Source of the DNA: Trichoplax adhaerens | Lineage: Eukaryota > Animalia > Placozoa | Assembly: GCF_000150275.1 (NCBI RefSeq) | Contig: NW_002060944.1 | Coordinates: 5,989,102 to 6,053,101 of the forward strand | Length of the DNA stretch: 64,000 bases | Reading direction: 5' to 3' | Translations under genes and position numbers: made by a program | The notes under the pieces: model-generated | What the model was told of the DNA's origin: nothing | The model's input: only the letters and a program-made list of their open reading frames with translations | Database searches by the model: none | Shown: one piece after another, positions 1-18,954 of the stretch | How positions within the stretch are numbered: the stretch's first letter is position 1 | Layout of the letters: each line of letters begins with the position of its first letter

Positions 1-1013
1 ACTGTAGCTGGCAGTGGATACAGTACTGTATTGTATTCAGTAGTTCGGCATTTTTTACTGGTATTACTGCGCAAATGTTACCTACAGACTACAGTACTGT
101 ACAGTACTGCCAAAAGGTTTTACTATTAATAACGGCAGCATAGTAAGCATAATCGATCCATTCGATCAGAATACTGTACTGTACTGTGGACTGATTTGAA
201 CGAGTGATGGATGGACCGACTGATGAACTCCCACATTTGTTCGACCTGGGAAAGGTTCGGTTCAGATGGACGGACGTTTCTTACCCAAAGGAGGCTGTCA
301 ATATTGAAAAATGACTAGTTACACTTAGTATGGATCTTCCATATCTGTTTTCCACATCCACTGGTACTAATTCAAATAACATTTACGATCTTACATAGCT
401 ATTTCCTAGAAAAACTCAAAAGTAAGAAGATGGTACAGTATGACATAGTATTTGCTGACCAGCTTACATACTGTACTATACACTGTACAGTGTATGCCAT
501 AATACCAATCAATTTTATAGTTGTGTAATGTACCAGGGACGGCCGTGAAATTTTTTAACTGTGAGTCAGTTTTATAGTGTGACTTGGCAGGGGAGACAGG
601 GACTTCCGGGGTAGCAGTGAGTGGAATCCCACTCATGGCCATGGGTCGAGTAGTCCTACTGTACAGTACAGTAGTCCCTGACTGGACGCACAGTACGCTA
701 CAGTACATTGTATTCTGTATCACAATTAGCGAGCAATCGACGTACTGTACTGTAATGCCTGTTAATGCTGTGGTTTGCAAAGAAGTTGAAAGGAACGAGA
801 AAGATTTTTGGACCTGTTGTTATCGCAATAACGACCGAATAATAACGGTAAGAAACGTCAGTGAGGGTCTTACGTTAACTATGATATGCACTATAAGCAT
901 GCTGTAGTGCGAAACATCAATCCTACAGTTGTATTTGGTTCACTGATACAGTCACTGTCTAGAAAACAAGTACAGTAATTTGGATTCTCGGTCGTTGAGT
1001 GGCTGCTTGTGAT

Positions 1014-2980
1014 ATGGAAGAGCAACGCACTAGCACTTATTGCACTGTTTATATGGATGATGATAATCTTGACGATAACACTTGTGATGCAAGCAGTAGT
1101 GTTGATAATGGAATAGGTGATTCTATCGCTGACTGGGCAACTATCACATTGCAGCCAGACTTGAAAGATGAAGAAGAAAAGCATTTAAGCAAGTCATGTT
1201 ATGGCCATAACAGAACAATTATTCATTTAGATATTGATTGTTTTTATGCTCAAGTCGAAATGGCTAAAAATAGCAGTTTACGAAATAAACCGGTTGGTAT
1301 ACGTCAAAAACATATCATTGTCACTTCCAACTATCCTGCCAGAGAACGGGGCGTTGGCAAGCTAATTCCTTTAACTAAAGCCTTGGAAAAATGTCCTGAT
1401 TTAATAGTAATTAATGGTGAAGATCTAACGGAGTATCGAGAAGTCAGTTTTAAGGTCACTGATTACCTGAAGAAGTTCTCTACTAAAGTTCATAGGCTAG
1501 GATTTGATGAGAATTACATCGATGTTACTGAGCTCGTCCAGTGCAGACTTAATCAATTTCAAGGTAGGTTGTGTAAAAGCACAGTAGCTGCTAGCTACAG
1601 TACTCTAGCCAGACAATAATGATTATAATGTACGTGTACTGTATTACTAAGTGCATCTAAGCTATACTGTAGACTGCTAGTTTTAGGGCTTCAAAACCAA
1701 TAGTTAAATCAAATTAATTAATCAGAATATATATCAGGCATACACGACATAAAATGTTCGAATTGTACATTATTTATGAAACTTGATTGTAATCATTGCA
1801 TATAGATCGCACCGAAGACCTACAATCTTTACAAGTTGTAGGGTACTTATATCAGAACAGTAACACGGTTAAAGCACAGGCTTGTGATTGCAATTGCCGA
1901 TTACGAATGATAATTGGCTCGCAAATTGCGGCTGAAATGCGCCAAGGACTGTGGAATGTTTTCAGCTTGACATCAAGCGGTGGTATCGCCCACAACAAGA
2001 TGTTATCTAAAATCGTATCTGGTTTGCATAAACCAAATTTACAAACCGCTATCTACCCTGAAGATACTCTCGATTTGCTTCACTCTCTGGAGTTAAGAAA
2101 AATTGCTGGTATTGGTAGTGCAACGAATAACAAGTTACAATCTGTTGGTATTACAACAGTTAAAGAACTGTCCACTCTACCGTTAGCTGTATTAAAGACA
2201 CATTTTCCAACCCCTCAAGCCTGTACGCTATTTCAATGGTGCAAAGGTATTGATGATAGTGATGTCGTTGCCGCTACAAAGCCAAAATCGATTGGAGTAG
2301 AAGATTCCTTTTCTAGGTGCTGTACGATGATAGCTAGTAAAAAGAGAATATCTGATTTAATAAGGCATCTTTTATCACGCTTGGTCGATGGATGTGAACA
2401 CCCTCAAACAGTCAAATTAACTATTATTAAGCATGATAGATCATCCTATAAGAGAGAATCGAAGCAGTGCAGTGTTCCTAGCACGTTTTATTCGACTAAA
2501 GACACCGACAAAAAGTGTAGTATTATCCTTGACCTAATGATGAATCTATTACGTAAATTAGTTGACATACATAAACCGTTTCGCCTTAGACTCTTTGGTG
2601 TCACATTTACAAATTTTAAAGATAAGCCACCGGTAGCATCGTTGGATATCTCCAGCTACTTAGACCGGTCTAAATCGAAAAAACACGATCCATTAGTAAA
2701 GAAGCCCTTAATGACTGCAGTTCCTATAGTATGCGACAACAATTATAATCAAGTGCCCAGTCATAGTGATAAAGATAGTCAAAACTTGCTGGAACACGAT
2801 AAGACTATTCCGGAAGACATCGATCTTGAGGTTTTCCATCAGTTGCCTCAACAAATGAAAGACGAACTGCTTAACGAATGGAGAAAGCATAATCTCACCA
2901 ATACTAGTCCTTCCAGAACTTTTTCACCCAAGCGAAAGAAAGAAAGTACGATTTTGCACTACTTTAATCGATCCCACTGA
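1014..2980 (+). CDS. POLI: DNA polymerase iota (Y-family translesion polymerase), 2 exons: 1014-1563, 1806-2980
   Basis: Motifs HLDIDCFYAQVE, QKHIIVTSNYPAR, LGFDENYIDV, GIAHNKMLSK..LHKPNLQT, YKRESKQC, and UBM-like IPEDIDLEVFHQLPQQMKDELL. A GT-AG intron (1564-1805) joins the two ORFs in frame (G|AT = Asp). Confidence 0.93.
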
Positions 2981-3633
2981 TCATTAATAGTACAGTACTA
3001 ACATTTTGCACATCTCTAAAGGAAGTTACCTACAGTTTTGCAACTACTGAAATTAATTTCATAATGTATGATATAAGAAACTAATAATAATCATATCATC
3101 GAACTTGTAAGTAATTCATAAAACTGCTTGAGATATGTGTATATACGTGTAATCATTTACGGTTGGCTATTTTTAAAATGAGTTCTATAAAAAATATAAG
3201 AAATTGAGATAGCTCCTTTAAAGCCTTGGCATTTTCAAAGTACTGTACTCTTAGGGTAACGACGCTAAGACATTTATCGAAGACGTTTTCTGTTAGAGCA
3301 AAAGATTGTGAACAGAAATATTTAATGGAATGATATTTATTTCACAAGTAGCATCATTATGCATTGTCCTCAGTGAATTACATACCAAGACCAAAGATAT
3401 ATAATGTAAATTCTAAAGAAAGTATTTATTCATATTGGTAGAATTTAAAAAATCATAGAAAGTTCATCATTGAATCAAAATTTACAATGATTTATTCTGA
3501 TCTCAAACAATTTCTAATAAAAACAACGCTAGCTGTGATAATCACCCAAGCATTACTTCATTTCAGTTCTCTGATTAATTCTGTAATGTACATGTTTACA
3601 TTAAGAAAAATTACTAAATAAAAATTGATATTT

Positions 3634-5722
3634 TTAAATACTTTTAATTTTCTTTTGAGAGCGACTTAATTTATGATCCAGTTCAATCTTAGGCGGAATG
3701 TCAGTAGCAGCCTGTTGTAGATGCCTACTATATAAACTAAGAGATCAAATTTGCGATTAAAGTTAACATCAAAAGCTTATTATGAAAAGAATACAACAGA
3801 TTTCAAGGATTATAGATAATATCAGTATATAGCCAAAATGACTTGTTCTTACTATTTATAAGTATCTGACTTTAAATATTCCATTAACTTGTCTATGCCA
3901 TTGGCCAGCTGAGATGCAATGGGTTTTACATATGGGTTCTCGCTTAAGCGAATAACCCCGTTTGATATATTTAGTCCTAAGTCGGCTATTAGAATTAATA
4001 ACGCATAGATATTTAACTTTGAATGCGCAGTACTTAAAATGCAGTCAAATTTTTTGATAACTACCTAATGCGGGAGGTAGTACTGTCAAACGGTTCCCTT
4101 GCAAGTGTAACTCTTTCAAGTCTGATAAGTTTCCGATCTCATTTGGCAAGGAGATGGCATAGTTATCCCGTAAAACCAGCTAGGATAGTTAGTGTATTAT
4201 ACTTTATGCTTTGGTAGAATTCGAAATTATACAATGTATATATATACTGTACATAATAGCATAAAAACAGATAAAACATAGTAAAGATCGCTTACAATTT
4301 GCAAGCTCTTCAGCTTTCCAAATTCAGGAGGAACGTTTTCAATTTCATTATCACCAAGGTATAAAGCTCTAAGGGTAGCTAAATTAAAAGTTGGAAAGAA
4401 CTGAAAGTTAAGAGGTATAATTGGTGTACAATTGCACTTATAAAGTACTACATGAGCTGTTGTTACTATGGATTACGATAACGAACTCAGTAAAGAAAAG
4501 TTCGATGAGAAAGATTCATCGGTTAAACAGTTCGATGTCATATCCAAAATTTGCAGTGAAGGAAATACTCCAAATCCTCTTGGAAGAGTGGATAGTAGAT
4601 TGACCCTAATTTTGTAAGCATATTACGATTATTGAATGGCCAAATTTCTTTCAACTAGAACTCAAACCAATATGATTGTTCTGTCGAATGGAATTTCAAT
4701 ACTTACGATAAATTCAAGTATTTTAACTTTAGCAATTGGTTTATACATTCAGGCAGTTCCTACACAATACATTAAAAGTGCAATGTTACCGTCATGATTA
4801 CATGGACATGAATTAACTTTTAGTGCACTATGATAGCGTCAACTTTGATATGTTGAAAAGGGAGCGGAGATCGAGGATTATGCAAAATTATGAATTGACT
4901 GCGAAGGCGTACAAATAGACACTAAAGAAAAGGAAGATAAATCATCTACAATTCATACCTGAATTGCATTATTGCAAAGGATAAGACATTCCAAATTGGA
5001 AAGATCGCTTATCGCAGGAGGAATTGCTAAACAGGTGTAATTATCACAGTATAGAATAGGGTTAAATTTGGAATGACATTTGATGCTTACTGCACGAATA
5101 TGTCCATAATTTACTTAAAGTCAGATGCGAATAGGCTTAAGGTACGATTGAAAATTTACCGGAAATTTTATTGTGACTTAGCGTCAATGTAGTTAAATGG
5201 CGAAGTCGGTCTATGGATAACAAAAAGGAATTAATGAAGAAAATGACTTGTTCGATTACTTCAGAGTCCTTTTCCTATTACCTAGTTTCTAGTAAAGACG
5301 ACATACTCGTACAAGTAATCGTAACTGCTTTCGTTGTTATCCATTGTGATAACAATTACATACAGTACGCGTAGTATATCCATAATTTTTGATAATTTAA
5401 TTTACTGTAGTCAATGGACATGACTGGAGTTGAAGTATTTTCACAAACAGTAGAATTAAGCAAATAAAACATATGAAGCTAGGCTAAAATCGCAATATTG
5501 ATTTAATGCAATTTAAGGAGAATTGATTATACAGAGTAGTCATGCGCTAGAAATTCCAAATTGGTTACTGCATTGATATCGTACATATATCGGGGCCAAC
5601 TTACTCCAAGTGGGTAGATCAGTTAAATTAATTAAACCTCGATCGCATAAATCCAATTCCTTATGACCTTTGACTTTAGCCTCCTCAAGCAATTTCTTAA
5701 CATTTTTGTACGATCCTGCCAT
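3634..5722 (-). CDS. RSU1: Ras suppressor protein 1 (LRR protein), about 9 exons
   Basis: Spliced translation: MAGSYKNVKKLLEEAKVKGHKELDLCDRGL..LTTLTLSHNKISAIPPAISDLSNLECL..TLRALYLGDNEIENVPPEFGKLKSLQILVLRDN..LKELHLQGNRLTVLPP..ENPYVKPIASQLANG..YLKSDTYKYLYSRH. Canonical splice sites; TAA at 3636-3634. Confidence 0.9.
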
Positions 5723-6354
5723 TGTTTGTGACGATAACAATGAATAGCAAAAAAGGATTGTAGTATAATTTATGATACTAGCATCCCAAAGTGGAAAATC
5801 CCTCTTAATCTACTTTTTGGATTGACTCGAGCAACGCCTTATTCACCAGTTCCCAATTTAAAGAACCAAGTTGGTACAGGAGGTCTAATGAACACTACAG
5901 TAGATCAATGTGTCAAGAAGGTGGAAGTGAGCAGCCGTGTTGTCGACGTGTTGTAAGAAGGAAGGGTTAAAGGTAGAGTACAGTCGTGAGTCGTAGAGGT
6001 CGGGCATTCAAAATCGCTGCATCCGCGCTTTCACTAACACTTGTACAGTACAGTCACACGGTGGTGCCGTGGAGACTAATAAGAGACCTTTACTACTACT
6101 TGTCAATCCGTAATAAGGCTGACCAATGATACTACAAGCAGGCCTAATAAAAAGTGCTATACGATTGATAGAAAACACTGGTAGTGACCAATGACAACAT
6201 CAAAATAATCTGTCATTCAATTTTGGAGGAGGAAGTCTGATACAGGTGGAGTACAGTTCAGCATTGTGCAATACAGTCTGACGGTAGTGTGGAGATAAAA
6301 AGAAAGGAAGTTTTTAAAAAAGTTCAAAAGTTTTTCTTCAACTTGGATGCTGTG

Positions 6355-7665
6355 ACAGTGTAAAGTACTGTACGTACAATACGCCCCCCCCCCAAAAATT
6401 GACGTACAGTACAGTACAGTACAGTACAATACAGTATTCACATTGTAGTATTGTACTGTACAGTACATACTGTACAGTGTAATGTCGATTGTGAAAATAA
6501 ATAAATAAAAAAAAAAGAAAATGAACTGTCATCTATTCCCTTTGATAATTTTCATCTCGTATTTATGGTATCTTTCTGTCAAGTCTTGAAAAGAAGGTCA
6601 AGCGAACCGAGTAACCCCAATTAATATTTGAATATAATGACAGTGAATAATACACACTGGCTCACTATATACATGGCGAGTGTTGAAACGTGGTTCCATC
6701 TTTTTTTAGTCAGTTGCTAAGAACGCAGCTTTACGGAAGTAAGCTATATTTTATTTTTCTATCAGCCTTTGAATGAATCTTTCTCGCTTCAATGCTGGCA
6801 AAGTGATAGATACCCAGTTCGGACATGGATAGTTACCGCGCCGAGCAGCTTGATTAATCACTGATAATTATGCTTCTATATTGTATTACCCATCAACACT
6901 AGTAGCGAATTGTACTTGTTTACGTTTTTTAATGGTAGCTTGTCTATAGAATATCGATTCATACTAGCAACGCTGAATATATACAGTATACAATATACCT
7001 ACAGTAAAGTGGCAAATGAAATGTTTACAATTTTCAAAGTGCATTTCTACAGTACTGTGACCCTCGCTGACCCCGAGTATGATCCATGGGATAAATAGGG
7101 CAAGCAGTCGATTTACTACAGTGTATTGTACACTAGCTGAGTGTTGAGTGTACTGTACTGTACTGTACTGTACTGTACAGTGTTGAAGAAAAAGAAAGTT
7201 CAATGTGTACTGTAGTACTGTAATACTGTATACTGTTCTGTATGTTAGGGATCGTCGCGATTTTGATGACCTCTATGCTACAGACCGTCGGTGTGGGTCA
7301 GTCAATGGAATGAGCCTTTGACGTCTGCTTGAACAATAACCCCATTATTGCATCAGGCCAGAACTGAACCGACAGCACAGTGCATTACACATGAACTCAT
7401 TATCTCATTTCACAATATAATAATAGATGAAGTGGGAGTGGTTTTCAAAAGACCTTAAGGTCAGAATGACTCAGACGGTACAATGGAGTTCACGACCGAT
7501 GCCAGTACAGTTAGTACTGTACAGTGTACAGTGTACAGTGTACTGTAGTCTACAATATGGACTGTATAAATGCGCATACAGTACTGTACAATCGAATCTG
7601 TCATGTGTCGAGTATGGTCTCACATACAGCCATTGACTGACCATTGTACAAGTGCGTACGTACAC
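6355..7665. repeat. TACTG/CAGTA low-complexity tracts in the RSU1-SELENOO divergent intergenic region
   Basis: Runs such as GTACAGTACAGTACAGT (6403-6427) and TACTGTACTGTACTG (7151-7176). Confidence 0.8.
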
Positions 7666-7963
7666 TAATCAGTAGATTCACCTCTGCTATCACAATCGAT
7701 ATTTTGCTTCGGGTCAGGATTATTATCACCAAAGCCTGTGTTAAAAGTTCAAATTCTTCACTGAATTTGCCACTAGTCAGAGTTCCAAAAAGTCGGAGAG
7801 AACGCTGTAGTTGAAAGTAGTGAAACTACGCCTGGTTTTTTCAATCCTTATTGGGATTGACTATTTGTATTTCTACTGGGGGATCATTCATCAGTTGAGG
7901 ACAACGTTGCGCCTACGAAGAATAGTCAATATCTTAGAGAAGCAAGTGGCGACTTTAACGACC

Positions 7964-12953
<4,990 letters not shown>

Positions 12954-13043
12954 GTTGTCATTTATAGATTGACAACACTCACAAAAAGTTAAAATGACTG
13001 AAAAGATTTGTGCGATATTTGTAATATTTGTTTGTGTAAAAAT

Positions 13044-13116
13044 TGTTGTATGTTAAATGACGCTTTATCTTTCAATCTACATTAGAAGACTGGATTTAGC
13101 TGAAAAATTTTCAACA
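13044..13116 (+). promoter_or_regulatory. Candidate eukaryotic SECIS element in the SELENOO 3' UTR
   Basis: ATGA (13057-60), upper stem GCT..ATCT, apical AA (13074-75) with TCT/AGA ministem, then GGAT..AGC and TGA (13101-03). A lower helix TGTTG/CAACA is possible. It lies about 110 nt after the UGA. Confidence 0.72.
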
Positions 13117-13997
13117 CGCACATTTATTACAATATAATGCCATGTCTATACTGGCATAAATATTCGGATTTTAATATTTACTGTTTCAATTTAGCTATAT
13201 TTACAAAACAGATGAATAATTGAATCTCACATTTGTCTATTTTTTAATGCCGGATAAAATGCGATAAAATTATTATATAATTAATATGTAAGCGTATTCA
13301 ATGCTTCAATATTATACATGAGTGAAGCATGTAGGTATACCGGTGGCATTATGCCGTCATTAAAGGATATGTAAAAAGCTCGTATATCCGCCTATACAGC
13401 ATAGACAAATAGTGATCGTACCGTAATGATTTTAGCGTAATAATTGGCAATGCCATATAAATCATTACTATATCACAAATTTGAATGGGTATGTTGGGTT
13501 TGCATTAATGTTATTTTTCCTAGATGATCAATATGCAATTATTCAATACTCGTATGTCGTTTAACAATTACAGTACAATAGTAATATAAACAACAACAGA
13601 TATGATTTAGTGTTTGTTTTAATCCTAAACTATTATTGTTCTCCAAGTGGATTAGAAATGTTGTATGCTTTCCTTGTTCATATCCAGTTGTGTGCTTTCT
13701 TATAAACTGGCAGGATAATCGTAATATACAGTATGCGAACCTACAAATAATTCTGAAGCATATGGTAGCAATGTTGACTTATTATCTGATTATAACTCCC
13801 TTTTTCAGAATGAATCAATTCCAAATAAAGATTAAAGTATAATTCTTGTTACACGTTGCTTTATTGATGGTTTACAAGCTAATACAGACAATCACTACTG
13901 TATACAACATACAAAAAACTTACAGTAAGCTCGCTACTTCATTTTCATATTTCCTCCTTTTTATACGGATTATTTTTGTAGTTTTAGTCAATCTACA

Positions 13998-16900
13998 ATG
14001 GCAACATTTACACAAAAATATATTCGCTGTCTCCTTCTTATTGCATCACTTATGAACGTTGTGACAAGTATAAAAGTTGTTCTTTTACCGTCATTCGGCA
14101 CAAGTCATCTTCTAGTAATGGATACTATTGGAGCAGAGTTACAAAATCGCGGTCATGAGGTAACCATTTACTAATAACTGTTATTTAAATTACATCAACA
14201 AATTTAATATTTATTATATAGATTAGGTCATGTTAACATTAATAAATTATACTTTGGTTTCCTTGTAAAAATAAAATAAAGAACTTTTTCTCATAGCTCT
14301 GCGGCATTTCCTAATGTAGCTACTGAAAATAATACTATTAAAGAATAAAGCTATCGCAAAAAATAGCAATAATTTAAACATTCTCATCTTCAGACTGCCT
14401 AATTACTTTTTTACTATTGAAATTGATCATCACTTTACTATTATAACGTACATTTTAACTTTGTTGGATGTACGAGTGTTAGAAAAAGTATTTTATGATG
14501 TAATACCTTACAATACTTGCATGCCACAAATATACGGAAATATTCAATGGCTTTAAACATGCTTCAATTGCTTCTATTTATTGGTACGGTAGCTAAAAGA
14601 AAAGTAACTGCCAACAATATGTGATTAATAGTAAGATTTTTATAAGACTATACTTAAATCTGATCTTTTTGTCATTACAACTAAATGAAGAAGCTATAGT
14701 AGCATTTCGTTAGATCAGGATTTTAATGTATCAATACAGTAATATCAACTAATAAGGATTCGTATACACTGTACAAATAGAATACTGTTGTACATTGCAA
14801 GCATAATGACGAAATTTAGCCGCGCTTGTTTGTATAGCTTCATGCTAAGATTGATTTCATAGAAAAAAATTCACTAGTGAGAAGAATTAATAATAAATTA
14901 CCAACGAATAACCCACTACAGTACTTTGATATTCTGAACAGATTAATCTATTTTTCCAATGGCAATGATAAATGAACACAAATCTAGTATAATGTCGACA
15001 TACGGAGACGTAGCGTCTGATTTTCAATGGGAGTAGGATAGTAGTTGTCATTTATACTTACAGTATAAGTAATTGCTGTCATTTTCGCTACTTTGATAAA
15101 TAAATAGGCCGTAAGTTGTTTTCCATTTTTGTAATATAAATTAATTTAAAGAAATATTCTTTGATGACTTTGGTATTTTAATTTTAACTTTATTGACTTC
15201 TGTACTACTAATAAGGTAACACAGTCTCGTTATTAAACTCATAACCTCTTCACAACTTGAAATCATTGCATCTTAAGAATTTTTTCAGCATCCTTCTCTA
15301 ACTATCATTTGAATTTTTGATTTATAGGTCGTCATATTGGTTGAAGAGGAACAAGTAATTCCTTCAATTCGTACTGCCACGGCAACCTATGCAGTTAGTG
15401 ATCATTTCAGCGCTGCTGTAATTAATAATTTAACAGCAAGCACAAATAATTTCGAAGTTATTAAAAAAGTTATGGCATGGCAATCGCACTATTGTGATTG
15501 TGTATTAAGCCATAGTCAATTTCGTCGGCGATTTAGCCATTTCGATCTTATGATTGGTGATCGATCTTTACCATGCGCTTACATATTACCAGAAATACTT
15601 AATTTAACTTATGTCATAGTGTCCAGCGTTGGTCTTAATGCTCCTATGAGATTGATGAATAGCCCAAACCCGTTGGCTTATATACCACAATATGGAACAG
15701 GATACTCTGATAAGATGAATCTTTTACAACGTACTACCAATACTCTTGTATGGTGTGGCCATACTATTGCAAGCCATATTTTTGTTTATCGATTGATCGA
15801 AAAGCTAAGGCAAGAATATCATGTTGAAATTGATGCAAGTCAATTAAAATTGAAGCCTGCCCTAATGTTAATTTCAGCTGATTTTACCCTAGAATTTGCC
15901 CGACCACTTATGCCTAATGTTCAGTTGGTTGGACCTTTAACGCCACAGCCGCCATCAGCGTTACCCCATCACCTAGACGATTTCATTAGTAATGTTCGTC
16001 CTTATCAACGATTTGTCCTTGTCTCTCTAGGTAGTATATTTCAATTTAGCAATGATCAAGTTATGGTTGCTTATCGCAGTTTAAGTCGATTGCCCTTTAA
16101 AGTTATATGGAAGCATTCATCGAATTTATCAAATAATATTTCTAATGATCACATTCGAATTGAAAATTGGGTACCTCAAAATGATTTACTTGGTCATCCT
16201 AATATTGTAGCATTTATCACTCATTGTGGACCAAGTGGAATGTATGAGGGAGCTTACCATGGAGTTCCAATGATTGGATTACCTTATGTACCTGAACAAG
16301 AAACAAATTTAGTTCAGATCAGTCGGGCTGGCATTGGTATAGGTTTAAATTCTACCAATCTAACGACTGATAGTATTTATGACGCGGTGATGGAGGTAGT
16401 TAATAATCCGAGGTAAGATTTCACCATGCTTATCATTGCTTTAGATTGCTTATAATAACTTTAAAGTCTTAAGGTATCCTAAAGGTAATTAATATCGATG
16501 TAGTAAACGAAAAAGTATCTGTATTTATTCATTACAAGGTTATCATTTTCGGTAGTTGTGCTATGAACGGAAAGAAGTAGCCATTATAAGGCTGTTGCCA
16601 ATATCATGGAAATAATTCTGTGCTGTATTCCATTAGTTACTAGTATAAAAGATCTCACTCTTTCATTATAATTAATTATCAATACACTAATACGTACTAA
16701 TGAAGTTAAGCTACTTTATATAATGCGCTTATAATCCTGTACAGTATATGTGTAGTATATGAATACTCGTAAACTGTATATACAATAATTTATGCTATAT
16801 CGTGGAATAATCAGGAATCTAATCGCTGTTTCAGTTACGTGTATGAGTATTCTCAAATTGTTTCACTTTTAAAGTGTGATACTTCTATGCGTATACATTA

Positions 16901-17636
16901 GTAAACCTCAAAATATACCCTAATCCGCCTGATATTACGACAGTTGTGTTAATCAATTCACTAATTTAGTGTTATCAATCCATCACTGTAATCAATTAAT
17001 ATAACAGTGGTATTAGATACGATACTATAGCAAGCATTGTACAATATTATAACTATGGAGAGGAAGGCACTGTATCTTTTAAATGATGGAAATACTTTTA
17101 CACTGAACCCGTAATTACATGTCATACACTTTACTACTGTAATCAAAAGTTGTGTGCAAAATCTATGCGATTGTAATATATCCAACTTAATGAATTGGTG
17201 ATTATGGTTATATTGCAATTACACATATGATGGCCGTAAATTGTAACATTAAGGTTGTTCAAGTGTAGATGGAGAGAAAAGGTTTAAAAGAATCTCTACT
17301 TCCATATTGAATAATACAATTTATTATTCTATTTTGAAATTATTATTAAATTGTAGTTATAAGCAAAATGCAAGAAGAATTTCTAAGTTATTAAAAGGAA
17401 GGCCTCGAACGCCAAGACATGAAGCTGTTGATTGGATTGAGTATGTATATAAGACAAACGGAGCTCGACATTTACGACCACAGCAGTATCAAATTTCATT
17501 TTTTCAAGAATATATGCTTGATGTTGCTATTATTTTCTTATTTTTAATATACTGTAGTATTAAAATAATGAAATATTCGATTTGTATATTAACTTACTCC
17601 ACTTTAAGATTGAAACAATGGAAAAAATATTTGTAA
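13998..17636 (+). CDS. UDP-glycosyltransferase (UGT/GT1 family), 3 exons: 13998-14159, 15328-16412, 17357-17636
   Basis: Signal peptide, then GTSHL..LQNRGHEV, PNPLAYIPQ, EFARPLMPNVQLVG and the signature WVPQNDLLGHPNIVAFITHCG..YEGAYHGVPMIGLP..EQ. Also AVDWIEYV..GARHLR, a C-terminal TM helix and KKYL (KKxx ER-retrieval motif). Confidence 0.92.
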
Positions 17637-18954
17637 TTCTATAATCTACTTCATACTGATTTTATGAACTTATATGTAACATGATCAAACATATGAAAAA
17701 ACGTAAAATTTGCCTTTTATTAATTTGCATAAGTTAAATTCTATAATTAATTATCATGCAAACTCGTGTAAAATGTTGAATACCTCAAAATAGATATTGT
17801 AACTTTAATTCATTAATGCACAATACAGTACTGTAAATGGCTGCCATTATTTACGCGTATTCATTTATCTCATATTTATCCTAGACTATGGCTAAGTATT
17901 TTAACGACCAGTAATGTTGATAAAGCTAAAATTAGGATATCCAGCGGTATCACAGGGCAGCGAGCATATTACAAACTCAGCTTTTGATGTGATAGTATTG
18001 TTGTAGAAGTTTGTGTAGCATGAACAATTTCAATTGCTCAAAATATCAATTTTTATCACCGATAAAATGAATTGTAACAATGGTTAAAGATAATCCAAGA
18101 TAAATAATATCGAGTCGGTGAAAAATTCAGCTTATGTCTTAGTATGTTTTGCAAATCACAATATTTCAAGTAGTGAATATAAATGCGTGAATGTTCTATC
18201 TGTCTGTATAAAGTACAGTCTATATTGTTATTGTATGATATGTAAAAGAGTTCATAGGCGATAGCTCTCTCGATGCTCGTCAATTCTAACCCGAGACGTG
18301 CGACGTTCGTAAGAATCTGCTATTCTTCTTTCTCTTCTTAATAAAGTATTGTACCTCTATTCCCTTTCATCTAACTTATGTGATCATCTGTACCCTAGTG
18401 CTTACAATGGATTGCCCATCACAGCCTTCATCTATCCATAGAGGCGCCTACCGGAGTGTAGGCCGATACGTTCTAGCTCGTTATCTCAACGGCTACAACA
18501 TCACACCATCGTGTTTTCAATTGAAAGAGGGGAATGGGTCTAAAATTATGATTATTTCTGACGAGCTCAGTTTGATCGGCGTCATGGAACTAATTCAAGC
18601 ATGAATAGATGATATAATGAGTTTTGACAAATTGAATTTGCAAGAGCTTTCTTTTGGCAGTTGAGTATTGCTTTCGTAGAGCTCATACTACAATATCTAA
18701 GAGGTGAGTGTACGACATTGAGGTACTTTTTGCAATATCATAACGTTACAGTGATAGAATAAGATCAATCACTCGTTGAATTGGGGAATAAGCGATCAAA
18801 ACAGAAGACTTTATGCGATCGCTTCCTGGATTAAGTTTCAAGGCTGTACCGTGGTGTATGTAATCAATGTAGCCACGGTACAGATGTACTGTACAGCTGT
18901 ACTGTATATGTCATACACCGTTAAGTGATGTCATATGCTAGCTGCCTTCGTCTC

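Noticed and set aside
7262-7368. TGATGA...CTGA spaced about 100 nt apart (C/D snoRNA-like)
   Set aside because: No terminal stem or recognisable rRNA antisense element, and it is not intronic.
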